64,000 nucleotides of DNA from assembly GCA_015484555.1 (NCBI GenBank), contig WFMZ01000071.1, positions 1,078-65,077 of the forward strand, written 5' to 3'. The notes below the pieces were generated by a model, which was not told the DNA's origin, did no database searches, and saw only the letters and a list, made by a program, of their open reading frames with translations. Positions within the stretch are counted from its first letter, which is position 1; every line of letters starts with the position of its first letter. This document shows, one piece after another, positions 18,593 through 28,472 of this stretch. The DNA is from Hydrogenovibrio sp. GTDB taxonomy: Bacteria; Pseudomonadota; Gammaproteobacteria; Thiomicrospirales; Thiomicrospiraceae. A program made the position numbers and the translations under genes.

Positions 18593-21500
18593 TTACAATG
18601 CCTTTATCTTCGCTTCCACTCGTTTAACCGAAATCGGCACGATGGTTTTCATAGGTTGTGCAAATAGGGATACCCGTAGTTCTTCAATGAGCCACCTTAT
18701 CTCGACCACCCCTGGCGATTTTTGATATGCCGATTCATTTTCTAATGCCGCATAATCTTGCAAGATAGGTTTTATGTGACGAATAGCCAACTGATCTTTA
18801 GAAGGATCAATGTCTATTTTTTCTAATCGTTTTTCAATCGCTTGAAAATAACGAGGCAACTGTTTAAACCATTGTTCAGGTACTTGGCGCACAAAGTCTG
18901 TGCTGATTAAGTTATCTAGTTGGTGTTGAATATCAGCAATGGACAATAACCATCTTGGATTCACTCGCCCTTTTACTTTCTTCGCCACCTTTTGGTGTGC
19001 GCTTAAAATAGCATCTACTTGGTTGGCAATATTTTGTGCCGCTTCAACCCAGTTTTCTCGAACCTCTTCGACTATCTGTTCAAAGCCTGCTTGAGTTCTA
19101 ATTTTTTCAGGGTGTGGAACAAGCTGTTGCAAGGCACGATCAATCACTTGTTGGGTTAAGTCTTGGCAGCTGCCATAAGGGGAATAACACAAGCAGGCTT
19201 TCTTCAAAGGCAGTTTTTTATTCAGGTATTTAAGCTTATCAGCCAGCTCTCTTTCCAGTAACAATACCACCGCTTGTCGATGTGCTTTGCGTGCTTGTTC
19301 TTCATCACCCAATAAGGTCAGCTCAATTTGTGAATCTTCGACGACCAAAGCAGGATACGCTAGCATTTGGCCACCGGGTGATTTCACCATCTCTTCTGTG
19401 GCTAAATCACCAAAGTTCCAACTATGTATAATTTGTTTCTTTGCTTTTTTAGACTGTGTTTGTTGCAGTTGTTTTTCAATTAAATGTTGGTAATCTTGCT
19501 TTAAACTGGCCAAATCCGTTTCTTCTGCCAACACCTTTTCTTTATGATCTAGCAACTGATAGTAAGGCACCAAATGCCCTGGCAACACTATGTTTTCAAA
19601 ATCTGTTAAAGATACCTTGTTATTCGCTCGTCGGTTCAATGCCCAAACAAATTGGGTTAAGAAAGGATCAACCTTCCCTGATACTTTTTCAGGGCTCATT
19701 TCAAGCAACACCAAATCGACATACAGAGGAACAGGCACAAATTGTTTACGCAATAGCTTGGGTAGCGCCTTAATTAAAAAAGCTATTTTTTCTTTAATTA
19801 AGCCAGGGGTTAGCCATTCAAAGTCTGCTTCATTCACAAGGTTAAGGGAAGATAGCGGTAATTTAATCACCAAACCATCTTTTTGTTTACCTGGTTCAAA
19901 GCAGTAATCTAGCTTAATTTTAATGGCATTTTTTAGCTTAATTTGGTCCGGAAAGTCAGTTAAAACATTGGTATTGACGGACTGTTTCAGTAAAAATTCT
20001 TCTGTTAAAAATAATCTTTTAATTAATTCAGGATCTGATTTTTCAGCCTTCTTCGCCCATTGTTCAAAGGCTGGCAAACTGTATAAATTTTTAGGCAGTT
20101 TTTCATCATAAAACTGATACAACAATTCATCTTCTACTAAGAAATCTGGACGACGTAACTTGGATTCTAAATGTTGAATATTTGAAATTAGTTTTTGGTT
20201 ATGCTTAAAAAAGGGAACACGACTATTCATATCCCCTTCTACCAAACCATGCCTTAAAAATAGCTTGTGTGCTTCGGTAGGGTTAATAGGCCCGTAATTG
20301 CAACGGCGCTTATTGACGATAGGTAAACCATAAAGGGTAATAGATTCAAACGCGCCGACTTGCCCCGATTTCTTTTGCCAATGTGCATCCGTATAACTAT
20401 GTTTCAGCAAGTGCTTGGCTAGGGTTTCTATCCAACGTACATCAATGGCGGCGTTATTTCGAGCATAGAGCTTAGTGGTTTCAACTAGCTCACCACTTAG
20501 CATCCACTTCGGTTTCTTTTTAAACAAGCCAGAACTCGGGTGAATAAATAACTTGGTATTACGCGCGCCTAAATAACTTTTATCATCATCTCGCATTGCC
20601 AAATTACCCAGCAACCCAGCCATTAACGAACGGTGAATGGCAATAGAATGTAAGTCTGCCAAACGCTCGGTAACCTTATCTGACAGCTTATTTAACTTCA
20701 CTTCTTCATACAAATGTAACTTGCCTAAGGCAATACCAGACCGCTTTAAATTTTGGCTTAACTGAACATAAAGGTCATGCCATTCCTTCATTCGCATATA
20801 GGATAAAAAGTTGGTTTTACACAATTTTCTAAGCTTATTTTGGGTTAAGTGCTGACGCTTATCGTCATAAAAACGCCATAGGTTTAAGAAGAATAGAAAG
20901 TCTGAACGGCTATCCTCAAATGGTTTGTGTGCTTGGCTAGCCGCTTGACGAGTCGCTTCATTCATATCTCTTGGGTCTTGGATACTTAAGGCCGCGGCAA
21001 TCACCAATACTTCTTGCAATACGCCATTTTTCTGCCCTTCTGCCACCATCTTGGCAATGCGGGGCTCTAAAGGCAGTTTAGCCAATTGGCGACCTGCTTC
21101 GGTTAAGTGGCGATTTTCATCTAATGCGCCCAGCTCTTGTAGCTGTCTAAAACCATCGTTAACAGCCTTGTCTTCAGGCGGCTCTATAAAGGGAAAGGAT
21201 TTTACTGCACCTAGCTTCATAGTGTTCATTTGTAAAATGACCGATGCTAGCGAGGTTCTGTGGATTTCTGGCGGGGTAAATTCTGGACGACTACTAAAGT
21301 CTTCTTCATCATATAGACGAATACAAATACCTGCCGACACACGACCACAACGCCCTGAACGCTGGTTTGCAGAAGCTTGCGATATTTTTTCAATCGGCAA
21401 ACGCTGAACTTTTGAACGAATACTGTATCGGCTAATTCGTACCAAGCCAGGATCAATCACAAACTTAATACCCGGCACCGTTAAAGAGGTTTCAGCCACG

Positions 21501-22609
21501 TTGGTCGATAAAATAACCCTTCGTTTTTGCGAGGTTTGAAAGACTTTATTTTGCTCTGCCATCGAAAGCCGAGCATAGAGCGGAACTATTTCGGTATTTT
21601 TAAAGGACTGCTTTCGTAGCACTTCTGCCGTTTCTTTAATGTCTCGTTCACCGACCAAAAACACCAATACATCGCCAAAAGGGTCTTCGGCTTCTAACTC
21701 ATCTAACGCATGTAAAATTCCAGTAGGGATATCTTGTTCAAACTCATTACCATCGTCATCTGTATAGCCGCCTAATGGCTGATAACGCATTTCTACAGGA
21801 TAGGTTCGTCCAGTTACTTCAACAACAGGCGCGCCATCAAAATGTTCTGAAAACCGAGCCGTATCAATGGTGGCAGAAGTAATAATTATTTTTAAATCTG
21901 GGCGTTTAGGTAAAAGTTTTTTAAGAATACCCAATAGAAAATCGATATTAATAGAACGTTCGTGCGCTTCATCAATAATGATGGTGTCGTACTGGTTTAA
22001 ATAAGGGTCATTTTGAACTTCGGCCAATAAAATACCGTCGGTCATCACCTTCATTAAACTGTTGGTGTGCACCTGGTCATGAAAGCGAACTTGATAACCC
22101 ACTAATTGACCTAATGAGGAACCCAGTTCTTCAGCAATACGCTCGGCGACACTTCTGGCCGCCAGTCTTCTAGGCTGAGTACAGGCAATACGGCCGAATA
22201 CACCTCTACCTGCTTCTAAACAAATTTTAGGAATCTGAGTGGTCTTACCCGAACCCGTTTCCCCTGCCACAATCACCACTTGGTGCTTTAAAATAAGCGC
22301 TAAAAGCTCTTCTTTTCTTTTGGCAACAGGCAAGTTTAAATCGTATTTAATATGTGGAATGGTTTGGCGGTTCACCACCACTTGCTGGGTCGACTGGGTT
22401 AATTTTTTAACAAAGGTTTGCCACTGCCCGAACTGTTTAGAATTGACATCGTCACCACTTCCTTGCTGTAAAGCTTGCAAAGCTTCATTACTGCTTAGCT
22501 TAAAACGCTTCCATTGTTGTGCTAGACGAAAGCGATCTTTAATCAACGTTTCCGCTAATTTTTCGTTAATGTCTGCAAGGGTCTTGAATGTCAGTTTGGG
22601 AGTAGCCAT
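18593..22609 (-). CDS. hrpA: ATP-dependent RNA helicase HrpA (DEAH-box)
   Basis: 1338 aa. GETGSGKTTQ, DEAHERS, SATID, TNVAETSLT and QRSGRCGR motifs, then HA2/OB and a long C-terminal extension. Confidence 0.95.
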   Translation of the reverse strand: MATPKLTFKTLADINEKLAETLIKDRFRLAQQWKRFKLSSNEALQALQQGSGDDVNSKQFGQWQTFVKKLTQSTQQVVVNRQTIPHIKYDLNLPVAKRKEELLALILKHQVVIVAGETGSGKTTQIPKICLEAGRGVFGRIACTQPRRLAARSVAERIAEELGSSLGQLVGYQVRFHDQVHTNSLMKVMTDGILLAEVQNDPYLNQYDTIIIDEAHERSINIDFLLGILKKLLPKRPDLKIIITSATIDTARFSEHFDGAPVVEVTGRTYPVEMRYQPLGGYTDDDGNEFEQDIPTGILHALDELEAEDPFGDVLVFLVGERDIKETAEVLRKQSFKNTEIVPLYARLSMAEQNKVFQTSQKRRVILSTNVAETSLTVPGIKFVIDPGLVRISRYSIRSKVQRLPIEKISQASANQRSGRCGRVSAGICIRLYDEEDFSSRPEFTPPEIHRTSLASVILQMNTMKLGAVKSFPFIEPPEDKAVNDGFRQLQELGALDENRHLTEAGRQLAKLPLEPRIAKMVAEGQKNGVLQEVLVIAAALSIQDPRDMNEATRQAASQAHKPFEDSRSDFLFFLNLWRFYDDKRQHLTQNKLRKLCKTNFLSYMRMKEWHDLYVQLSQNLKRSGIALGKLHLYEEVKLNKLSDKVTERLADLHSIAIHRSLMAGLLGNLAMRDDDKSYLGARNTKLFIHPSSGLFKKKPKWMLSGELVETTKLYARNNAAIDVRWIETLAKHLLKHSYTDAHWQKKSGQVGAFESITLYGLPIVNKRRCNYGPINPTEAHKLFLRHGLVEGDMNSRVPFFKHNQKLISNIQHLESKLRRPDFLVEDELLYQFYDEKLPKNLYSLPAFEQWAKKAEKSDPELIKRLFLTEEFLLKQSVNTNVLTDFPDQIKLKNAIKIKLDYCFEPGKQKDGLVIKLPLSSLNLVNEADFEWLTPGLIKEKIAFLIKALPKLLRKQFVPVPLYVDLVLLEMSPEKVSGKVDPFLTQFVWALNRRANNKVSLTDFENIVLPGHLVPYYQLLDHKEKVLAEETDLASLKQDYQHLIEKQLQQTQSKKAKKQIIHSWNFGDLATEEMVKSPGGQMLAYPALVVEDSQIELTLLGDEEQARKAHRQAVVLLLERELADKLKYLNKKLPLKKACLCYSPYGSCQDLTQQVIDRALQQLVPHPEKIRTQAGFEQIVEEVRENWVEAAQNIANQVDAILSAHQKVAKKVKGRVNPRWLLSIADIQHQLDNLISTDFVRQVPEQWFKQLPRYFQAIEKRLEKIDIDPSKDQLAIRHIKPILQDYAALENESAYQKSPGVVEIRWLIEELRVSLFAQPMKTIVPISVKRVEAKIKAL
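18704..18723 (+). repeat. exact REP-like core copy inside the hrpA coding sequence
   Basis: GACCACCCCTGGCGATTTTT matches the arm at 30653-30671 over all 19 nt of that arm. Read on the minus strand in the hrpA frame it covers the codons for QKSPGVV, just before EIRWLIEELRVS. Confidence 0.7.
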
Positions 22610-22703
22610 ATAATAATTTGATTACGTAATAAGTTTTTTAGATGTTAAAATAAAATATACCGATGCAACTTTATTTATTTACACCGACCGGGGGTATTCT
22701 ACT

Positions 22704-23396
22704 ATGAAAATTCGTCAACTTTTTGATTACGACACTTGGACTTACAGCTATCTTATTTGGGATGAAGAAACCAAAGAAGCTGCGGTCATAGATACCGTTC
22801 AAGAACAAGTAGAACGAGATTTACAACACATTCAACAATTGGGTTTGAAAGTGAAGTATTTACTTGAGACGCATATTCATGCAGACCACATTACAGGTGC
22901 TGGCCCTATTCGTAAACAAACCGCTGCAAAAATTGTTATACATAAAAATTCTGGTTCTGAGTGTGCCGATATTTTGGCTGAAGAAGGCGATACTTTCTTG
23001 CTAGGTAAACAGATAATTTCTGTCTTACACACCCCTGGTCATACAGATAATGATATTACCTACTTAATTGAAGGGGCGGCTTTTACTGGCGACTCTTTAT
23101 TAGTAAGAGATTGTGGTAGAACTGACTTTCAACTGGGTAGTAATGAAGCCATGTATCATTCTCTAACCCAAAAGTTATTTAGCCTACCAACAGATACCCG
23201 CGTATTTCCTGCCCATGACTATAAAGGTTTTTCTGAATCAACCATTGGTGAAGAAATGAATTTTAACGTCCGCGTGGGCGACCAAAAAACTTTTCAAGAT
23301 TTCTCAACCATTATGGACGGCTTAAATTTACCAAGCCCTAGAAAAATCCATATTGCCGTGCCTGGTAATATGCGTTGTGGCGACTTAGACGACTAA
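22704..23396 (+). CDS. MBL-fold persulfide (sulfur) dioxygenase, ETHE1-like
   Basis: MKIRQLFDYDTWTYSYLIWD start, HIHADHITG, HTPGHTDN and GDSLLVRDCGRTDFQLG are blocks typical of the ETHE1/PDO subgroup. Confidence 0.7.
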   Translation: MKIRQLFDYDTWTYSYLIWDEETKEAAVIDTVQEQVERDLQHIQQLGLKVKYLLETHIHADHITGAGPIRKQTAAKIVIHKNSGSECADILAEEGDTFLLGKQIISVLHTPGHTDNDITYLIEGAAFTGDSLLVRDCGRTDFQLGSNEAMYHSLTQKLFSLPTDTRVFPAHDYKGFSESTIGEEMNFNVRVGDQKTFQDFSTIMDGLNLPSPRKIHIAVPGNMRCGDLDD

Positions 23397-23419
23397 GCCG
23401 CTAGGCCTACAAAAATCGT

Positions 23420-23845
23420 TTAAGCGACTTCTACTATTTCAACTTTATAGTCCAACACTTGGTCTGCTAAAGGGTGGTTGCCGTCTAGGTATACTTTGTC
23501 TTCATCAACATCGGTGATGACAAACTCGATTAACTCACCATCTGGATCTTCCGTTTCAACAATGCTACCAATCACAATTTCAACGTTATCATCAAAATTA
23601 TCAGGCCCCGCAAATACCAATAAGTCTTCACGTTTAACGCCATACCCTTTTTCGGGTTGAATAATAACTTTAGCTTCAAAACCTGGCTCTTCGCCCACTA
23701 AAAACTCTTCAAGCCCTTCAATAATTTGACCTTCACCATGAATATAATGCACAGGCTCTTCACCATAAGTCGTATCAATGACCTTGCCGCTTTCATCTCT
23801 TAGTTCATAATGAAAGGTGACTTCGCTACCGTTTTTAATTTTCAT
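23420..23845 (-). CDS. FKBP-type peptidyl-prolyl cis-trans isomerase (SlyD/SlpA-like)
   Basis: 141 aa, acidic. V(T)FHYELRDE..G and IEGLEEFLVGEEPG match the FKBP with insert-in-flap architecture. No His-rich tail. Confidence 0.8.
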   Translation of the reverse strand: MKIKNGSEVTFHYELRDESGKVIDTTYGEEPVHYIHGEGQIIEGLEEFLVGEEPGFEAKVIIQPEKGYGVKREDLLVFAGPDNFDDNVEIVIGSIVETEDPDGELIEFVITDVDEDKVYLDGNHPLADQVLDYKVEIVEVA

Positions 23846-23909
23846 TTTTTAATATCCTTGTTTTCAAAACATTTACAATGGGGTTATTCTAACTTAAGAC
23901 TTCTAAAAA

Positions 23910-24602
23910 ATGCGCCAAATATTACTCGATACGGAAACCACTGGTTTTGACCCTAAAACGGGCGACCGAATTATTGAAATTGGTGCGGTTGAATTAATTA
24001 AGCGCAAGCTGACCCACCACAACTATCATCAATACATTCAACCCGAAAGAGAAGTGCCCGCAGATGCCATTGCGGTACACGGTATTACCGATGAATATTT
24101 GGCAGACAAACCTTTATTTTCCGATATTGTCGACGACTTTATGGAATATGTCACCGGTGCAGAACTCATTATTCATAACGCGCCGTTCGATGTGGGGTTC
24201 ATTAACCACGAACTGTCTTTGCTTAAAAAGAATAAATGGGGCAAGATCGAAGACCATTGTCGAATCACCGACAGTTTAAAAATGGCACGTAAGGCCTACC
24301 CTGGTCAACGTAATTCCCTAGATGCACTTTGCCGACGTTTAGGCATTGATAACGCCAACCGAACCTTACACGGTGCCCTACTCGATTCTGAAATATTAGC
24401 CGATGTTTACCTAGCGATTACCGGTGGACAAACAAAATTGAGTTTACAAGCTGACAGTCATTCAAGCACGGGTTTGGTCGCTAAAATTGATAGCAATAGA
24501 GATGCCCTACCTATTTTAATGGCTAATGAAGCTGAATTAGCCAGGCACCAAGAAAAACTGGCACAAATTTCTAAAAAGTTTGGACAGGACCTTAGTTGGT
24601 AG
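23910..24602 (+). CDS. dnaQ: DNA polymerase III subunit epsilon (3'-5' proofreading exonuclease)
   Basis: Exo motifs ILLDTETTG, IIHNAPFDVGF and HGALLDSEILADVYL. Confidence 0.9.
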   Translation: MRQILLDTETTGFDPKTGDRIIEIGAVELIKRKLTHHNYHQYIQPEREVPADAIAVHGITDEYLADKPLFSDIVDDFMEYVTGAELIIHNAPFDVGFINHELSLLKKNKWGKIEDHCRITDSLKMARKAYPGQRNSLDALCRRLGIDNANRTLHGALLDSEILADVYLAITGGQTKLSLQADSHSSTGLVAKIDSNRDALPILMANEAELARHQEKLAQISKKFGQDLSW

Positions 24603-24811
24603 ACGAATAGAAAGGGTTAGAGTTGAGGTCTTGCGCATGCAATGATGCTGGCTAGCCTAAATTAGACCCATAGATTAACTGCTTAATTTTAGCGCCCTTG
24701 CATTCAAACAGTTAGCGCATAGCTTGCTTGAATTAGGTCTATTCATTTATTAACCTCTGATAATAATAAAGAGCTTTCACCTACTAAAAAGATGAACCTT
24801 ATAAATAGATC

Positions 24812-26683
24812 TTACAAACGGAACTCAGATTTTTTTGGCTGAGTCATCGTCAAAAAAGATAGTAAAGCTTTACGTTTAAGGGGTTTTGAAAAGGCATAGC
24901 CCTGCATAAAATCAACATTTAGGCTTCTAATCAGCGCAATATGATCTTCTGTTTCAACCCCTTCTGCAACCACTTTTAACTTTAAACTTTCTGCTAACAC
25001 CACAATCGCTTTCGTAATCGCCAAGTCATTTTGATCTGAGATAATATCTAAAATCAATGACTGATCAATTTTAACCTTATCAATAGGTAAACGTTTTAGG
25101 TAAGAAAAAGAGGAGTAGCCAGTACCGAAGTCATCTATCGAAATATAGATTCCTGTCTGACGAATTTTTTTCAAAATATTAATAAATTCTTCTTCATTAC
25201 TCATCAAATAGCTTTCTAGCAATTCAAATTCAAAGTAATCACAGTAACCTGCATCATCAATCATGTCTGTTAAACTTTGTAGGTGGTGGGCGTTAAACTC
25301 CCTACCTGAAATGTTAATAGATACTTTATGCAATGGAATATTAAAGGCTTTTAAATTAGATAAGTAATCAATCGATTCTTTAACCACCCATTTAGAAATT
25401 TGAGAAATCATGCCATTCTCTTCTGCTAAGGGAATAAAGTCTAGCGGCGGAATTAAGCCTTTTATAGGGTGATTCCAGCGAATTAAGGCTTCTACATAAG
25501 AAAGGTTTTGACCGGTTTTTTCCATAATAGGCTGGAAATAGAGTTCAAACTCATCATTTTCAACCGCTTTATATAAATCCACTTCCAACGACTGTTTCAT
25601 TAAAGCTTCATTGGCCATTGTTTCTGTGAATTCTGCATACTTAGTATGAACCAGAGTCTTCGCTTTGTACATAGCAGTATCAGAACGTTTTAACAACTCT
25701 AAGGCTGAATCATTAGACGGAAAGCTGTGCGCAAATCCGATAGAAGCTGACAAAATAAATTCTGTATCTAAATAGTTCATTGGTGCCATAATAATGCGGT
25801 TAACTTCATCGGAAAAAGTTTCTAACTCCGGTTTTGACAACACCTTAGGTAGTAAAATAGAAAATTCATCACCGCTCATTCGGTACACAGTACCAGACAA
25901 ATCCAACCATTCTTGCAAACGTTTTGAAATTGTTAATATCACAAAATCGCCCGCAACATGGCCATAGACATCATTAATGCTTTTAAAACGATCTAGGCCT
26001 ATTGTGGCTAATAACATGCCATCAATCTCATTATCTAGGTAGGCTTGAATATCAACACTTAGCTGTTCGCGATTAAATAAGCTGGTTAAGGTATCATGAC
26101 GGATGGAATAATTAAGTTTGTCCGCCAAGGTTTGACGCTTTAAAACGATACCAGCTAGAAAAGCACAGTTTTCCATCACCAGTTGTTGAAAATGGCTCGG
26201 TTCTCTTTCTTCAAAGCTAGATAGCGCGAAAGACCCTATTACCTTATCTTTCTCTTCTCGAATAGGAAAGGACCAACAAGCACGTAAACTTAAGTTATTA
26301 ACGATAGATAGGAGGGATGACCAACGAATATCCGTGTCTGTTTTTTTTACAAAAACAGGTTGCTCAGTATAGACAGCGGTACCACAAGAACCCGCATATT
26401 CCCCTGGCACTAAACCATTTAACTGCTTCACGCCTTCTGGCGAAATACTAGGGCCGGCAAAAACAGTTAATTTGCCATCTTTACCCAGTAACATCACCGA
26501 AGCAACCGAAGAGCCTACTAGCGATTCTGCCAAATTACATATTTTATTCACGATACTCAGCGAATCATGCTCTTCAACCGCATACTCTAAAATATCACGT
26601 TGCAAGCCCGTAATTTTATTATATTGCTCAGCGCTAATTGAGTAGTCAGATGCTGATAAAGTTGCTTTGTCTACTGTCGTCAT
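24812..26683 (-). CDS. GAF-GGDEF-EAL signalling protein
   Basis: N-terminal GAF-like region. The GGDEF domain has the variant motif SGDEF (RMSGDEFSILL). The EAL domain has EALIRW, DDFGTGYSS and KIDQSL blocks. Confidence 0.85.
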   Translation of the reverse strand: MTTVDKATLSASDYSISAEQYNKITGLQRDILEYAVEEHDSLSIVNKICNLAESLVGSSVASVMLLGKDGKLTVFAGPSISPEGVKQLNGLVPGEYAGSCGTAVYTEQPVFVKKTDTDIRWSSLLSIVNNLSLRACWSFPIREEKDKVIGSFALSSFEEREPSHFQQLVMENCAFLAGIVLKRQTLADKLNYSIRHDTLTSLFNREQLSVDIQAYLDNEIDGMLLATIGLDRFKSINDVYGHVAGDFVILTISKRLQEWLDLSGTVYRMSGDEFSILLPKVLSKPELETFSDEVNRIIMAPMNYLDTEFILSASIGFAHSFPSNDSALELLKRSDTAMYKAKTLVHTKYAEFTETMANEALMKQSLEVDLYKAVENDEFELYFQPIMEKTGQNLSYVEALIRWNHPIKGLIPPLDFIPLAEENGMISQISKWVVKESIDYLSNLKAFNIPLHKVSINISGREFNAHHLQSLTDMIDDAGYCDYFEFELLESYLMSNEEEFINILKKIRQTGIYISIDDFGTGYSSFSYLKRLPIDKVKIDQSLILDIISDQNDLAITKAIVVLAESLKLKVVAEGVETEDHIALIRSLNVDFMQGYAFSKPLKRKALLSFLTMTQPKKSEFRL

Positions 26684-26707
26684 CCTTTCCCCCCAAGCTC
26701 AATAATA

Positions 26708-28351
26708 CTATTTTTCTTGATAATGACTTGTTATAGGATAACGCCTATCACGACCAAATGCACGTTTTGTTATTTTAATACCCGGTGCTGCCTGGCGACG
26801 TTTGTATTCATTACGGTTAATCATTCTTGCGACTCTTTCCACCTCTGCTAAAGGAATAGAAAGTGCTTCACTGATTTCAGTGGGCGCTTTATCTTGCTTA
26901 ACATAGGCTTTAATAATGGCATCTAAGGTGTCATAATCTGGCAAGCTATCTTGGTCTGTTTGGTCAGGACGAAGCTCTGCTGAAGGTGGGCGAGTAATGA
27001 CTCTTTCGGGAATAACCTCCCCTAAGGTATTTCGGTATTGTGCCAATTTGTAAACCAAGGTTTTAGGCACATCTTTTAAAGGCGAGAAGCCCCCCACCAT
27101 ATCACCATACAAGGTGGTGTAGCCCACTGCGGCTTCTGACTTATTACTGGTTGCCAACACCACTTTGCCGACTTTGTTGGAAATAGACATTAACAAGGTG
27201 CCACGAATTCTGGCTTGCATATTTTCTTCAGTCACATCTTCCGCATAGCCTGAAAAACGGGGTGCTAAAGCAGCTTCTACGCTGTCAAAAACTGATTCTA
27301 TTGGAATACTATGATAATGCACGCCCATTTTTTTAGCTTGCTTAGCGGCATCTTCAATACTGATATCTGCGGTATATTTAAATGGCATCATCACCGCTTC
27401 TACATTTTCAGCTTCCAACGCATCGACTGCAATCGCCAAGGTTAAGGCAGAATCTATTCCGCCAGACAACCCTAATAAGGCACCGGCAAAGCCATTTTTG
27501 TGAACATAATCTTTCACGCCCATCACTAAAGCGTTATAAACCCTGGCTTCATTTTCAAACAAGGTCGCTTTTTGACCCGGCATCACCACCACAGAAGAAC
27601 CTTGTGTTAACAAGCTAACAGGGATGAGTTCTCTCACAAATTCTGCTGACTGAACCTGCACTTCGCCTTCGGCACAAGTGGCAAAAGAGCCGCCATCAAA
27701 TACCAATTCATCTTGCCCACCCACTTGGTTGACATAAATGACAGGCAAGTGATTTTCAGATACGCGTCGTTTAACTGTATGAATTCTATCTTGATGCTTT
27801 TCAGATGAGAAAGGAGAAGCATTTAAGGTAAGCAAAACTTCTGCGCCCGCTTCTGCTGCTTGGCTAGCAGGTGCCATTTTCCAAATATCTTCACAAATTA
27901 AAAGTCCGAAAGACACGCCTTTGTATTCCACAACACAAGGCATTTCGGCTGAAGAAAAATAACGTTTCTCGTCAAATACGCTGTAATTAGGTAGGTTTTG
28001 TTTAATGTAACTGGCGATTATTTTGCCATCCTGAATCCAGGCGGCCATGTTAAAGCGTTCGCCCAAATCATCTAACATTGGGTAACCCACCACCACAACG
28101 GTATCTTGCACGGCATCACAAATGGTCGATAAAGCTTGATCAATTTGCTTGTAGAGATCTTCTCTAAACAATAGGTCTTCAGGCGGGTAGCCTGTAATGG
28201 TCATTTCTGGGAATACCACTATGTCCGCTTGATACTCAGTCACCGCGGTCTTGGCAGAGGCAATAATTAAATCTACATTACCCTGTATATCCCCAACAAC
28301 AGGATCAATTTGCGCCATCACGACTTGAATTTGTTCAGACATAGTATGCAA
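26708..28351 (-). CDS. nadE: NAD+ synthase, glutamine-hydrolysing
   Basis: N-terminal CN-hydrolase domain (LLICEDIW) fused to an NAD synthetase domain with the P-loop SGGIDS. Confidence 0.9.
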   Translation of the reverse strand: MHTMSEQIQVVMAQIDPVVGDIQGNVDLIIASAKTAVTEYQADIVVFPEMTITGYPPEDLLFREDLYKQIDQALSTICDAVQDTVVVVGYPMLDDLGERFNMAAWIQDGKIIASYIKQNLPNYSVFDEKRYFSSAEMPCVVEYKGVSFGLLICEDIWKMAPASQAAEAGAEVLLTLNASPFSSEKHQDRIHTVKRRVSENHLPVIYVNQVGGQDELVFDGGSFATCAEGEVQVQSAEFVRELIPVSLLTQGSSVVVMPGQKATLFENEARVYNALVMGVKDYVHKNGFAGALLGLSGGIDSALTLAIAVDALEAENVEAVMMPFKYTADISIEDAAKQAKKMGVHYHSIPIESVFDSVEAALAPRFSGYAEDVTEENMQARIRGTLLMSISNKVGKVVLATSNKSEAAVGYTTLYGDMVGGFSPLKDVPKTLVYKLAQYRNTLGEVIPERVITRPPSAELRPDQTDQDSLPDYDTLDAIIKAYVKQDKAPTEISEALSIPLAEVERVARMINRNEYKRRQAAPGIKITKRAFGRDRRYPITSHYQEK

Positions 28352-28393
28352 CCTTTACAACATAATTAGAAATAAAACAGCTTGTTAAGTGAA

Positions 28394-28459
28394 GACCACC
28401 CCTGGCGGTTTTTAACCTTGTGCAATTTATGCAAAGGCAAAAATCGCCAGGGGTGGGTC
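28394..28459. repeat. inverted pair of REP-like cores (T-rich ends facing inward)
   Basis: GACCACCCCTGGCGGTTTTT (28394-28413), 25-nt spacer, AAAAATCGCCAGGGGTGGGTC (28439-28459). Ends 13 nt downstream of the sucD stop codon (28473-28475) and lies upstream of nadE. Confidence 0.8.
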
Positions 28460-28472
28460 TTTTGAATGTAGC

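Noticed and set aside
19287-22613. Several 60-124-aa plus-strand ORFs inside hrpA, and similar antisense ORFs inside feoB, relA, the symporter gene, sucD, nadE, aspS and ruvB
   Set aside because: All lie wholly within long, well-supported genes on the other strand. They have no recognisable motifs or ribosome-binding sites. I treat them as frame noise.
24603-24811. 209-nt convergent dnaQ / GGDEF-EAL spacer as a possible ncRNA or tRNA locus (E. coli has tRNA-Asp after dnaQ)
   Set aside because: I could fold no cloverleaf. There are only short (5-6 bp) inverted repeats (ATTCAA/TTGAAT, GGTCT/AGACC), a TTAGCGC direct repeat, and no promoter-terminator pair.
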